From Polyangiaceae bacterium (GTDB lineage: Bacteria > Myxococcota_A > Polyangia > Polyangiales > Polyangiaceae), in contig JBGANF010000045.1 in assembly GCA_044222475.1 (NCBI GenBank), positions 1 through 54,064 on the forward strand: 54,064 nt of DNA, in the 5' to 3' direction. The position numbers were made by a program, and so were the translations under genes. This document shows positions 9,504 to 19,677 of this stretch, one piece after another (positions within the stretch are counted from its first letter, which is position 1; every line of letters starts with the position of its first letter). The notes beneath the pieces were generated by a model. The model was not told the origin of the DNA, searched no databases, and saw only the letters and a program-made list of their open reading frames with translations.

Positions 9504-10751
9504 TCAGGGCGCCGCGTCGCGCTCGAGGTCGTCGAGCGCTTCGGCGAGCGCGTCCTCGTCGTCCTCCAACGACCGGCCGAGCGCCACCCGCAGCTTCGGC
9601 TCGGCGACGGTCTCGGTCGCGACGCGAATGCGGTCGCGGAGCGCGCTGTCGCGGTTGCTCGCCAGCGCGACGGCGGCCGCGGCGCGATCGGTCGGCTTCG
9701 CCGACGCGTCCTCGACGATGCGGAGGAACGTCTCCGGCGCGACCGGCGCGACGCGGTGGGTGGCGACCGAGCCCGCGCCCAGAGCGCGCAGCGCGCGCAG
9801 CCAGTCGCGCGTCGCATCGGCGGTGCGCGACAGGCGAGCGATCACTGCCTCGACGGCCATGGGCGGCGAGTCTTCGTCCTCCGCGTTCACACCGCCGGCG
9901 GCGGCGCGCACCTCGTCGATGCGCTCGACCAACGCGTGCGCACGCGAGACGTCCCACGAGCTCCCCATCGGGAGGATCAGCTCGTCGGAGTCGCGAAGCG
10001 AGAGCTTCACGCTCACGCGCTGGTTGTTGCGCGTGCGCTCGACCGTGACGCCTGCGAAGAGGACGTCGCCGATGGGGATGAAACGCTTCCATCGGAGCCA
10101 CTCGACGTAGATGCCGTCGCCACCGACGCTGATCTTCGTCGGGATCATGGCGAGCGTCACCAGCGGCAGGACGATGACCGCGAGCGCGAGGGTCGGCGGA
10201 AGGTGGAGGAGACTGGAGAACGCGCTGAGCACGAACGCCGCGCCGACCGTGCCCATCACGGTCAACGTCGCCCGCGTCCACGTGGCGCGGAGCCACGACA
10301 CCGCCGTCGTCCGGAAGACGCGCTGGCTCGCGTCGTACCCGAGCGCGCGGAGGAGCCTGCGTCCTTCCTTGACGGAGCGGACTACGATCTCGATCGGTCC
10401 CAGTTTGGGACCACGTCGTTCGACGAGCACCTTCGGAAAGGGCGGCGACGGAACGATGACCGCGTTCTCGATCTCAGCCAACGGAATCGCCTCGGCACCG
10501 ACCCGCAACACTCCGTCTTCGACCCCGACCCTCTCGACGTGCTCGCGCGGCCAGGGGTTCTGGCGCAGCGCCGCGACGGCGGTGACGATGCCGAGGACGA
10601 TGAAGTGGGGAATCATCGTGGCGTAGGCCGCCGTGTCGATCAGGCTGAACGCACCGAGCACCGCTGCGACGACGAACGGCAGCGACGCGACCAAGGCGAC
10701 CCATGGGTTGCGTCGCCGGACGACGATCTCCTCGTCGAAGGCGTCGCTCAT
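9504..10751 (-). CDS. Uncharacterised membrane protein (4 TM, helical C-terminal domain); paralog of 5720-6751
   Basis: ATG overlaps the pruA stop; two TM pairs; C-terminal DWLRALRALG...PTDRAAAAVALA...PKLRVAL. Confidence 0.75.
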   Translation of the reverse strand: MSDAFDEEIVVRRRNPWVALVASLPFVVAAVLGAFSLIDTAAYATMIPHFIVLGIVTAVAALRQNPWPREHVERVGVEDGVLRVGAEAIPLAEIENAVIVPSPPFPKVLVERRGPKLGPIEIVVRSVKEGRRLLRALGYDASQRVFRTTAVSWLRATWTRATLTVMGTVGAAFVLSAFSSLLHLPPTLALAVIVLPLVTLAMIPTKISVGGDGIYVEWLRWKRFIPIGDVLFAGVTVERTRNNQRVSVKLSLRDSDELILPMGSSWDVSRAHALVERIDEVRAAAGGVNAEDEDSPPMAVEAVIARLSRTADATRDWLRALRALGAGSVATHRVAPVAPETFLRIVEDASAKPTDRAAAAVALASNRDSALRDRIRVATETVAEPKLRVALGRSLEDDEDALAEALDDLERDAAP

Positions 10752-12385
10752 TCTTCGTCGAGGAACGGATACCCGACGGCGCGCGGCGGGACGAGTGTCT
10801 CCTTGACGGTGCGCGGCGACGTCCACCGCAGGAGGTTGTACGCGCTGCCGGCCTTGTCGTTCGTGCCCGATGCGCGGGCGCCGCCGAACGGCTGTTGCCC
10901 GACGACTGCGCCGGTCGGCTTGTCGTTCAAGTAGAGGTTGCCGGCGGCCTGGCGCAGCACGGTCGCCGCGTGGACCAGGGCGGCGCGATCGTCGGAGAAG
11001 ATGGCGCCGGTGAGCGCGTAGGGGCTGGTCTCGTTCACGAGGCGGAGCGTCTCGTCGACGCCCCCTGGTTTGCCATCGTCGTAGACGTAGAGCGACAGGA
11101 TCGGGCCGAAGAGCTCGGTCTGGAAGACGTCGTGCTTGGGATCGGTGAGCTCGACGAGGGTCGGCCCGGCGAACCAGCCGCGCTCGCGCGACCAACCGGC
11201 GTCGCAGATCATGCGGGCGCTCGGATCTTTCGCGAGGCGCGCACGCCACCCGTCGAGCCTCGTCCAGGCGCGCTCGTCGATGACGGCGCCCATGAAGTTG
11301 CGGAAGTCGCGCACGTCGCCGATCTTCAGCTTCGCGATCTCGGCGCGCATGCGCTCTTCGAGCTTCGGCCACATGGACCGCGGGACGTACGCGCGCGATG
11401 CGGCCGAGCATTTCTGTCCTTGGAACTCGTAGGCGCCGCGGACGAGCGCGACCGCGAGCGTCTCCATGTCGGCCGAGGGGTGGGCGAAGACGAAGTCCTT
11501 GCCGCCGGTCTCGCCCACGATGCGGGGGTAGGTCTTGTAGTTTGCAATGTTCTCGCCCACGCCGCGCCACAGCGACTGGAACACCGCGGTGGATCCGGTG
11601 AAGTGGATGCCGGCGAGGTCACGGTGGCGGAGGCACGCCTTGGCCACGCCGGCGCCGTGCCCGTGGACGACGTTGATGACGCCCGGCGGGATGCCGGCCG
11701 CCTCGAAGAGCCGCATGGTGTGGTAGGCCGCGAGCGCCTGCGTCTCGGCCGGCTTCCACACGACGACGTTGCCGAGGAGCGCCGGCGCCGACGGGAGGTT
11801 TCCGCCGATCGCGGTGAAGTTGAACGGCGTGATCGCGAGGACGAAGCCCTCGAGCGGGCGGAGCTCGAGCGCGTTCAAGACGCCGCTCGGCGAGATTGGC
11901 TGCTCGGTGAGCCGCGAGGCGAAGTGGACGTTGAAGCGGAGGAAGTCGATGAGCTCGCACGCCGAGTCGATCTCGGCTTGGAACGCGGTCTTGCTCTGGC
12001 CGAGCATCGTCGCGGCGTTGAGAGTCTGCCGCCACGGCCCGGCGAGCAGCTCGGCGGCGCGGAGGAAGATGCGCGCGCGGTCCTCGAAGCGCATGGCCGC
12101 CCACGCGGGCGCGGCGCGAAGCGCAGCGGCGATCGCCTTCTCGGTGACGGCCTCGCCGCCGTCATGGGCGGTCGCCAGCTCGAGCGAGTGATCGTGCGGC
12201 GCGCGAACGGTGAAGCTCGTACCATCATGGGACGAAGCGCCGCCGATGACGTGGGGCACGTCGGGCTTTTCGCCCGCCATCTTCGCCAGCGCCGCCTTCA
12301 GGGCCTTCTTCTCCGGCGAGCCGGGGGCGTAGCCGAGGATCGGCTCGTTCGGGGGGACGGGGGTGGCGTTCGGGAGGTCGAGCAT
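10748..12385 (-). CDS. pruA: L-glutamate gamma-semialdehyde (P5C) dehydrogenase
   Basis: NEPILGYAPGSPE, ATMLGQSK, AEIDSACELIDF, PFNFTAIGGNL, FTGST, GETGGKDF, YEFQGQKCSA (catalytic Cys), NDKPTGAVVGQQPFGG. Confidence 0.95.
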   Translation of the reverse strand: MLDLPNATPVPPNEPILGYAPGSPEKKALKAALAKMAGEKPDVPHVIGGASSHDGTSFTVRAPHDHSLELATAHDGGEAVTEKAIAAALRAAPAWAAMRFEDRARIFLRAAELLAGPWRQTLNAATMLGQSKTAFQAEIDSACELIDFLRFNVHFASRLTEQPISPSGVLNALELRPLEGFVLAITPFNFTAIGGNLPSAPALLGNVVVWKPAETQALAAYHTMRLFEAAGIPPGVINVVHGHGAGVAKACLRHRDLAGIHFTGSTAVFQSLWRGVGENIANYKTYPRIVGETGGKDFVFAHPSADMETLAVALVRGAYEFQGQKCSAASRAYVPRSMWPKLEERMRAEIAKLKIGDVRDFRNFMGAVIDERAWTRLDGWRARLAKDPSARMICDAGWSRERGWFAGPTLVELTDPKHDVFQTELFGPILSLYVYDDGKPGGVDETLRLVNETSPYALTGAIFSDDRAALVHAATVLRQAAGNLYLNDKPTGAVVGQQPFGGARASGTNDKAGSAYNLLRWTSPRTVKETLVPPRAVGYPFLDEE

Positions 12386-12428
12386 GGGGTAGAGAAATGT
12401 AGCCTACGCCGGAGTATCCTGGGAGGCG

Positions 12429-14082
12429 ATGACGTCGTCCGGAGAAGCCTTCACCGCGCCTCGCGAGCTTCTCCCGCGCACGGTCGACCGCTACGAGCTC
12501 CTCGAGGCGCTGGGGCGGGGCGCTTTCGCGACGGTGTACCGCGCGCAGCACGTCCACACGCACCAGATGGTCGCGGTCAAGGTCCTGACCCGGCAGGTGG
12601 GCGTCCCGTTCGACGTGGAGCGCTGGCTCATCGAGGCTCGGGCCACGGCAGCGGTCGTTCATCCCAACGTGGTACGAGTGCTCGACTGCGGCAAGAGCGA
12701 CATGGGCGAGGCCTTCCTCGTCATGGAGCTCGCTCCCGGCCGCTCGCTCGAGGAGCTGCTCGCCGAAGGTGCGGTGTCACCGGCCGATGCGCTGCGGTAC
12801 GCGGTGGAGGTCCTCGATGGGCTCGACGCGGCTCACCGCAAGGGCATCGTCCACCGCGACGTGAAGCCGCCCAACATCCTCGTCACGGTCGACGAAGCCG
12901 GCGCTCGTCGCGCGAAGCTCATCGACTTCGGGGTGAGCAAGCTCGTGACGTCGACGCGCTTCGCGTCCACCCTGCCGGGAACGGCCATCGGCACGCCGGG
13001 CTACATGGCGCCGGAGCTCTTCGGCGATGCGGGGACCGCCGACGCCCGCGCCGACGTCTACGCCGTCGGCGCGATGCTCTTCCGCATGCTCGCCGGGCGA
13101 TTGCCGTTCCAGGGCCGCAGCTACGAGGACTTCGTCGTCCAGGTCCGCACCGAGCGCGCACCGCCGCTCTCGTCGGTTGCTCCGCGCGTTCCGCCCGCGC
13201 TCGCGGCCGCCGTCGATCGCGCGCTCGCCCGTGATCGCGACGCGCGCTGGCCGTCGGCGCGTGCGTTCGCCGACGCGATCCGAGCTTCGGTGTCGCCGAG
13301 TCAGGCGCCGCCACCGCCGGAGCTCGCGGCGACGATCGCGAGCACGCCGCAGCTGCCGGGGAGCACCGGTCCGATCGCGGTGAGCGCGGTCCGAAAGACC
13401 AAGCCGGGGCCGAACGTTCTTCTGTGGTGTGCCGCTGCCGTCGGGCTCGTCCTCTTCGGCGCGGCGGCGGTGTTCGCGATCCATCGCGTGACCGAGGACG
13501 TCGACGAGGGCGGTGCTAGGACCACGCGAGCGAAGAAGGATCCGTCGATGGAGGAGCGCAGCGCCGAGCGAGTGACCGCGACGGTGGCCGAGCCCGACGA
13601 CGACGCGGTCGACGTGCCGGTCGTGCTGCCGTCCACGACGACCAGAGCGACCGCGACATCGCACGCGGCTCCTCCGAAACCGAGCGCGACGCCGGCGACC
13701 GGATCCGACGGCGTGACGATCGTCGTGAAGACCAACACCGGGAGCCATTTGGCACCGGGGGCATGGGCGTCGTACGTGCAAGCGCTCACGCCGAAGCTCG
13801 CGGCCTGTCGAACGAGCACGGCGACCACCGGGGGCATGGGCGTCGTACGTGCAAGCGCTCACGCCGAGGCTCGCGGCCTGCCGAACGAGCACGGCGACCA
13901 CCGTGGACGTGGATCTCATGTTCCACGCCGACGTGGGGACGATCGCCATCGCGCACGCGACGCCCCACGGGAGCGACACGTCGACCTGCGTCGAGGACGC
14001 GGTGACCAACGCGTCGAAGCAAGGCCTGCGGCTCGTGGGCGCGGGCATCATCGACGTGAAGGTGACGTTGGCCGCGCGCTGA
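12429..14082 (+). CDS. Membrane Ser/Thr protein kinase; extracytoplasmic C-terminal domain disrupted by a 73-bp duplication (native stop probably 14082; as sequenced the frame runs to 14108)
   Basis: [42 protein letters not shown] segment [21 protein letters not shown]; the tail continues in the 13849-14082 frame. Confidence 0.85.
13753..13903 (+). repeat. 73-bp tandem duplication (2 copies, 2 substitutions) bounded by CACCG microhomology
   Basis: Copies start at 13753 and 13826; they differ at GAAGCT/GAGGCT and CTGTCG/CTGCCG; a third CACCG lies at 13899. Confidence 0.95.
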
Positions 14083-14153
14083 TGGTGCTCGTCGAGGAGC
14101 TCGGGTAGTCTAGTCGCGTCGCGCCTGCTGACGTGGGCGCGCGGGAGCTTCGC

Positions 14154-15659
14154 ATGCGCTTTGGACGAGCCGTTTTCGCGATCGCTGTCGTCGGTCTCTT
14201 CATCGCTGCGTTCATCGCAGCCTGCAGCGTCAACGACGTGACCCCCACGCCGAACGTGGACTCGGGTGCCGACGCGACGACCGACGTCCGCGATGGTGGC
14301 TTCGATGCGACGTCCAGCGACGTCGCCGACGTGCTGGGACAAGACGTCGTCAAGGACGCTGCGCCGGAAGCCATCGCCTGCGATGCGAGCACCCTCACCG
14401 ATCCAGCAAACTGCGGAACGTGTGGCCATCCGTGCCTGGGCTCTGACGGTGGAGGCGCGCCGTACTGCAATGCTGGTGTTTGCTCGACCAAGGCGACGAC
14501 GAGCTCCGTGCCCGGCTACTGGAGCAACGCCCCGACTCTCGCGAGCTTTCCGTTTCTAGGCATGTGGCACGACTCGTTGATGATCGGCACGACGAACGTC
14601 GACCTCGTCACGGGGACGAAGGTCGCCGATTGGTTGCTCGGAGGTGCTCTGAACCAAGCTGACTTCGCGCTTGCGAATCGTCCATCGGTGCAGATCCAGC
14701 AGGGCACATCAAAAGGCCTAATCACCCACAAGGCAGGCCCGAACGAATGGGGCTACACAACCCCCCAATTCGTGGATTGGGCCTCCGGCTTTTACGGCTG
14801 TTGCGATTACACCGTGGATACGGCCGTGTCGATCGACGCTGCGGCGGGCTACTGGTACTGGAACGGGCAATACCGCGCGAGTCTGACGACCGGAATGAAG
14901 GTCTCGGAGATCACCACCGGCTGGACCGGTGGGTTCGGTGGCTCGGAGGACTACTACACCGCCGTCCACGGCAACATCGTCTACCGATCGGTGTTCGGAG
15001 CGGTGCGCCGCAGTGATTTCGGCAGCCTGAAAGTGGATTGGAACGTGCCAGTTGGAAACGTGGGCTCCGCCCCGGTGGGCGTCCCAATCATCGTCTCCAA
15101 CACGGACGACGTCGCGATGGCGTCCAGCGCCGGTGAGATCGCGGTCGTGAAGGGGGACGCGACGGGAACCGTACTCTGGGCGAAACCGTTCACCGCGTTC
15201 AGCGTGGCTCCATTGCGGCCTTTGACGGTCGTCACGGGACCGGTGCCCCAAGCCAATGCTCCGAAGGGGCTGATCCTTCAGACGACGGGCGACTCGAAGA
15301 TCATCGCGTTCCGGGTGAACGACGGGACGACCGCATGGACGTACTCCGCCCCAGGCCGGGTGGACGAGCTGCTCGTCGGCGACAACGGGCTCGCCTACGC
15401 TTTCGTTCGCTCGACGAGCACCGTCTATGGCATCGACATCGTCACGGGCACCGCGAGCTTCGCGTATGGAAACTTGCCGAGCGGCGCACTGAACGCGTTC
15501 GACATGATGCTTCGCGGTGGGCGGCTCTACTTGAACTTCAACGGGATGATCATCTCGTTCCCCGTGCCATCGACTCGCTACGATCCAACGTCGCTTTGGC
15601 CGACGCGGTTCCACGACAACCAACGCACGAGCTGTCTGACGAGCCCGATGACGTTCTGA
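14154..15659 (+). CDS. Lipoprotein with Cys-knot motif and PQQ/BamB-like beta-propeller
   Basis: Lipobox FIAA-C; DPANCGTCGHPC..CNAGVC motif; DATGTVLW, NDGTTAWTY, IVTGT blades; WPTRFHDNQRT. Confidence 0.72.
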   Translation: MRFGRAVFAIAVVGLFIAAFIAACSVNDVTPTPNVDSGADATTDVRDGGFDATSSDVADVLGQDVVKDAAPEAIACDASTLTDPANCGTCGHPCLGSDGGGAPYCNAGVCSTKATTSSVPGYWSNAPTLASFPFLGMWHDSLMIGTTNVDLVTGTKVADWLLGGALNQADFALANRPSVQIQQGTSKGLITHKAGPNEWGYTTPQFVDWASGFYGCCDYTVDTAVSIDAAAGYWYWNGQYRASLTTGMKVSEITTGWTGGFGGSEDYYTAVHGNIVYRSVFGAVRRSDFGSLKVDWNVPVGNVGSAPVGVPIIVSNTDDVAMASSAGEIAVVKGDATGTVLWAKPFTAFSVAPLRPLTVVTGPVPQANAPKGLILQTTGDSKIIAFRVNDGTTAWTYSAPGRVDELLVGDNGLAYAFVRSTSTVYGIDIVTGTASFAYGNLPSGALNAFDMMLRGGRLYLNFNGMIISFPVPSTRYDPTSLWPTRFHDNQRTSCLTSPMTF

Positions 15660-15671
15660 GAGGGGATCAGG

Positions 15672-17015
15672 ATGACTTTCATGCGCCACGCAAGAACGGC
15701 TTCGGTCGTCGCCGCCGCTTCTGGAGCAGCAGTTGCTGCCATATTCGCAGCGTGCAGCGTCAACGATGTCTCCCCAACGAACGAGGTCGATTCAGGCACG
15801 GATGGAGCGGTCGAGGCGGCAGACGCTACCGCCGACGTGTCGTCGTTCGTGGACGTTTCGGACGCTGCACCGCCACCGGACGTCATTCAAGACGCCGGCC
15901 TCGATGTCGGTTCCGGTTTCGTGTCCATCTCGGGGTGGGATCACGCCTGCGCCGTCATGGGTGACGGGGGCGTCGCCTGTTGGGGCAACAACAACTACGG
16001 CCAATCCAACCCGAGCAACGACGCCGGCGTGCTCTACGCGCCGGAGTACGTCAAGGGGTTGAGCGGCGCCACCCAGGTGAGCGTGACGCTTCGCTTCAGC
16101 TGCGCGGTGCTAGGCAACGGCACCGCCAAGTGTTGGGGGCTCTTCGTCAACGGCAACTGGAACCTCCAGACCATCCAAGGTGCCGATGGTGGGGTCCTCG
16201 GTGGCATCGAGAAGGTCGACGTGGGCTTCGGCTCGGCGGGACCCATCGTCGTGGTGAAAACCAAGACCGGCGATCCGCTCTGTTTCGGCGGGAACGACCT
16301 CGGCGCATGCTCCAACGGTGGTTCTGCAGTGACCACGACCGCGAGCCCAATGCTCTCGGCCCCCAACACGCCGTTCACCAACGTGAAGGATGTCGCAGTG
16401 GGCCAGTCGGGCCAGGCGTGCGTGGTGAGCTCGGACGGCAAGGTTCACTGCAGCGGCAACTACCCACGAGGGGACAACGTCGTCGGGACGATCAAGCTCG
16501 CGAGCACCGCCCAGGTGAACGCAAGCACGGACTTCACCGGCGCTGGCGAGATCAACCTCTCGTATCAACACGCGTGCGCCATTCAGGCCAGCGATCGGTC
16601 GATCGTCAACTGCTGGGGCGCCAACTTCACCGGACAGCTCGGCGTGCCGATCGCGAATGGTTACCCGCCCTACGTCGAAGCGAACGTCGGCGGTCTCACG
16701 GGGAAAGTGCTCAACGTTTCGACGGGCGATCAACACACCTGTGTGGCGCTCGACGACGGAACCGCCCGATGTTGGGGTGCGGGCGGTGCCGGGCAACTCG
16801 GTCAGGGCTCGAAATCGAGCTCCGCAACGTCCGTCGCCGTCGCGAACCTCCCATCGGGGAAGAAGGTGCGCTTCGTCGAAGCGGCGGGCAGCTTCTCGTG
16901 CGCCACGATGACCGACGGCACCGCCTACTGCTGGGGAAAAGGCGACACGGGTCAGCTTGGAGATGGCCAGGGAAAGCAGAGCGACACGCCGGTCCAAGTG
17001 ATGGCACCGCAATAG
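15672..17015 (+). CDS. RCC1/BLIP-II repeat lipoprotein
   Basis: Lipobox IFAA-C; repeated H(A/T)C...G...CWG.N..GQLG units; GAGG RBS. Confidence 0.9.
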   Translation: MTFMRHARTASVVAAASGAAVAAIFAACSVNDVSPTNEVDSGTDGAVEAADATADVSSFVDVSDAAPPPDVIQDAGLDVGSGFVSISGWDHACAVMGDGGVACWGNNNYGQSNPSNDAGVLYAPEYVKGLSGATQVSVTLRFSCAVLGNGTAKCWGLFVNGNWNLQTIQGADGGVLGGIEKVDVGFGSAGPIVVVKTKTGDPLCFGGNDLGACSNGGSAVTTTASPMLSAPNTPFTNVKDVAVGQSGQACVVSSDGKVHCSGNYPRGDNVVGTIKLASTAQVNASTDFTGAGEINLSYQHACAIQASDRSIVNCWGANFTGQLGVPIANGYPPYVEANVGGLTGKVLNVSTGDQHTCVALDDGTARCWGAGGAGQLGQGSKSSSATSVAVANLPSGKKVRFVEAAGSFSCATMTDGTAYCWGKGDTGQLGDGQGKQSDTPVQVMAPQ

Positions 17016-17049
17016 AAGTGCTGACGCACTGGTCGTCGGCGACGAGGCA

Positions 17050-18072
17050 TCACTCCTTGCGTGCGGGGCGACGCAAAGGAATCGCGCTCTCGGGGTCGGG
17101 CTCTCCCGGTTGGCGAAGAAGCGTTCCCGTAGGCCCGTGCGAGGACTGCATGGCGGGCGCCGGCACCGTCGAGCCGACGACTTCGGCCGAATCCGCGAGC
17201 CCCATCGATCCCAGGGTGCGTGCCAGCGCCACCCGCATGTCGTTCGCTGACGCCCAGCGCTCGTGCTTCGAGAACCGAAGGGCGACGTCCACCACGTTGG
17301 CCAATCCACCGGGCGCATCCGGCCACGCGTCGAAGAGCGACTGGGCCTGTTTCGTCGCCGCGTACACGACCTTCTCCATCGACGTGCGCCCGTCGTGCAC
17401 GAAGCGGCCGGTGATCAGCGCGAACATCATCGCACCGACCGAGTAGAGGTCCGTGCGACCGTCGATCTGACGAACATCGCCGCCGGCTTGCTCCGGAGCG
17501 ACGAACTCCGGCGTCCCCATCATGGTCCCACTCGCCGTCAGACTGCGAGACTCGATCAGCCGCGCGATTCCGAGATCGAGAAGCTTCACGGCGCCGTCGC
17601 GAGTGAGAAAGACGTTCTCCGGCTTCACGTCACGGTGCACGATGCCTTCGGCGTGGACCGCGCTCAGCACGTCGAGGAGGGCGACCGTGAGCTCCCCTAC
17701 CCGGCCGACACCCATCCGCCGGCCGCTCTCCTCCCACTCGTCCGCGAGCGTGCGACCATCGAGGAGCTCCATCACGAGGAACGTGCTTCCGTCGTTGTCG
17801 ACGTCGTCGTCGATGATCCGCACGAGCCCGCGGTGCTCGACCCGATTGGCGATGTAGCCTTCACGAAGAAACCGGCGCCTGACGTCTTGGACCCGGGATA
17901 GCTCGGGATGGAGGAGCTTGACCGCGACACGACTTCCGTTTCGATGGGTCGCAGCGAAGACGGCCCCCATGGCGCCGAGCCCCAAGAGCCGGTCGAGCCG
18001 ATACTTGTCGCCGCGGAGGAAGGTGCCGACGCGGAGTCGAGCTCGCGCGTCGAGGTCGTCGGCATCGTTCAC
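17050..18072 (-). CDS. Soluble Ser/Thr protein kinase (DLG variant); paralog of 24630-25622
   Basis: LGLGAMGAVF, VAVK, HRDVKPEN, DLG, GTPEFVAPE, DLYSVG; no TM segment. Confidence 0.92.
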   Translation of the reverse strand: MNDADDLDARARLRVGTFLRGDKYRLDRLLGLGAMGAVFAATHRNGSRVAVKLLHPELSRVQDVRRRFLREGYIANRVEHRGLVRIIDDDVDNDGSTFLVMELLDGRTLADEWEESGRRMGVGRVGELTVALLDVLSAVHAEGIVHRDVKPENVFLTRDGAVKLLDLGIARLIESRSLTASGTMMGTPEFVAPEQAGGDVRQIDGRTDLYSVGAMMFALITGRFVHDGRTSMEKVVYAATKQAQSLFDAWPDAPGGLANVVDVALRFSKHERWASANDMRVALARTLGSMGLADSAEVVGSTVPAPAMQSSHGPTGTLLRQPGEPDPESAIPLRRPARKE

Positions 18073-18150
18073 GCCACGAGACTAGCGGATCTCCGTCCAC
18101 TTCCAGCAAGGTAGTGCGCGGTGTACACTCCTCGTGGGAGAGGACTGACA

Positions 18151-19677
18151 GTGGAGGACGATCCGCGTCGCGCACACGCCGAGCAGCGCGTCGGTACCGT
18201 GATCAAGGGGAAATACCGAGTCGATCGGGTCCTCGGGATGGGCGGGATGGCGGTCGTGTACGCCGTCACTCACCAGCGAAACAACGCGGAACTCGCACTT
18301 AAGATGCTCCACCCGGAGCTCAGCGTTCGGACGGACATTCGCCAGCGCTTTCTCCGCGAGGGCTACGCCGCGAACTCGGTGAAGCACTCGGGCGTGGTCA
18401 AGGTCGTCGACGACGACACCGCGGAGGACGGGGCGGTCTTCATCGTGATGGAGATGCTTCACGGTGATGGCGTGGAGCAGCTCTGGCAGAAGCACTCGGG
18501 GAAGTTGGCAGTGCGCGCAGCCATCGCCATCGTCGATCAGCTCCTCGACGTGCTCGCGGCGGCTCATGAGAAGGGCATCGTTCACCGGGACATCAAGCCG
18601 GCCAACGTGTTCCTCACTCGCGACGGGATCGTGAAGGTCCTCGACTTCGGGATCGCACGAGTTCGAGACGCACTCGCGTCGAGCGGGGTCCAGCAAACGG
18701 GAAGCGGAGTCCTCATGGGCACGCCGGCGTTCATGGCTCCGGAACAAGCGCTTGCTCGGATGAACGACGTCGATGCACAAAGCGACGTCTGGGCCGCGGG
18801 CGCGACGCTGTTCACGTTGATCTCGGGACGCTTCGTGCACGAGGCCGAGAACGGCCCACAAATGCTCGTTCAAGCGGCGACGAAACCAGCTCGTTCACTC
18901 GCGACGGTGGCGACCGGCGTGCCTGCGCCGGTCGTCGAGGTCGTCGAGCGCGCTCTCGCGTTCGAGAAGTCCGCTCGCTATCCGAACGCAACCGCGATGC
19001 GTGAGGCGCTCCGCCAGGCGCACCGCGCGGCGTTCGGAAGCCTGCCGTCACGGGCCGAGCTCGAAGCTCTGTTCGAAGACTTGGCCACTGCGAGCACGCA
19101 CTTGCCCGAGACGTCGACCGATCGGCGACCCACGAACGAGTCGCCTCAGGCCGCGGCCGTCGCGCAGGCGGTTCCCGAGGTCGCTAGCGTTGGTCCCGCT
19201 CGAGCGCCGCTCGTCGGTGCAACGACGTCGCAACCGATCTCGAGCGATGCGAACCCCATCCCGCTGGCGACACCGCGCCGCAGTCGCGTCCCGCTCGTCG
19301 CTGGAGGCGCGGCCTTGGTCGTTGCGTTGGTCGGCGCAGGTGCGTACGCCGGCCGCACGTGGTCGAGCGGTGCCGCCGCGCCAGGCACGCCCGCGAGCAC
19401 GTCGGTGATCACGACGGCGCCACCGTCACCATCGAGCATTGTGGCAGAAACGGCAGCGCCCTCCACCACGAGCCCCTCGACTGGGGTTCCATCGGCGTCG
19501 GTCGCTCCAAGCGCCCCCATTGCCACGCACTCGACGAAGCCGGTGGCGAGCACGCCACCCAGGCCGTCCGCGTCCGCTTCGGCAGCGCCCAAGCCGTCAG
19601 CTTCGTCCAAACCGAACTGCGAACCCGCCTATTTCTTCGACCAAAACGGCAAGCACTGGAAACCCGAATGTCTGTGA
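18151..19677 (+). CDS. Membrane Ser/Thr protein kinase with Pro/Ser/Thr stalk and terminal CEPAYFFDQNGKHWKPECL motif
   Basis: LGMGGMAVVY, HRDIKPAN, DFG, GTPAFMAPE; TM segment; GTG at 18151 preceded by GAGAGGA. Confidence 0.92.
   Translation: MEDDPRRAHAEQRVGTVIKGKYRVDRVLGMGGMAVVYAVTHQRNNAELALKMLHPELSVRTDIRQRFLREGYAANSVKHSGVVKVVDDDTAEDGAVFIVMEMLHGDGVEQLWQKHSGKLAVRAAIAIVDQLLDVLAAAHEKGIVHRDIKPANVFLTRDGIVKVLDFGIARVRDALASSGVQQTGSGVLMGTPAFMAPEQALARMNDVDAQSDVWAAGATLFTLISGRFVHEAENGPQMLVQAATKPARSLATVATGVPAPVVEVVERALAFEKSARYPNATAMREALRQAHRAAFGSLPSRAELEALFEDLATASTHLPETSTDRRPTNESPQAAAVAQAVPEVASVGPARAPLVGATTSQPISSDANPIPLATPRRSRVPLVAGGAALVVALVGAGAYAGRTWSSGAAAPGTPASTSVITTAPPSPSSIVAETAAPSTTSPSTGVPSASVAPSAPIATHSTKPVASTPPRPSASASAAPKPSASSKPNCEPAYFFDQNGKHWKPECL

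Noticed and set aside
13753..13903. CRISPR array (also considered for 4144-4254 and 21444-22666)
   Set aside because: Only two copies, no unique spacers of regular length, no cas genes
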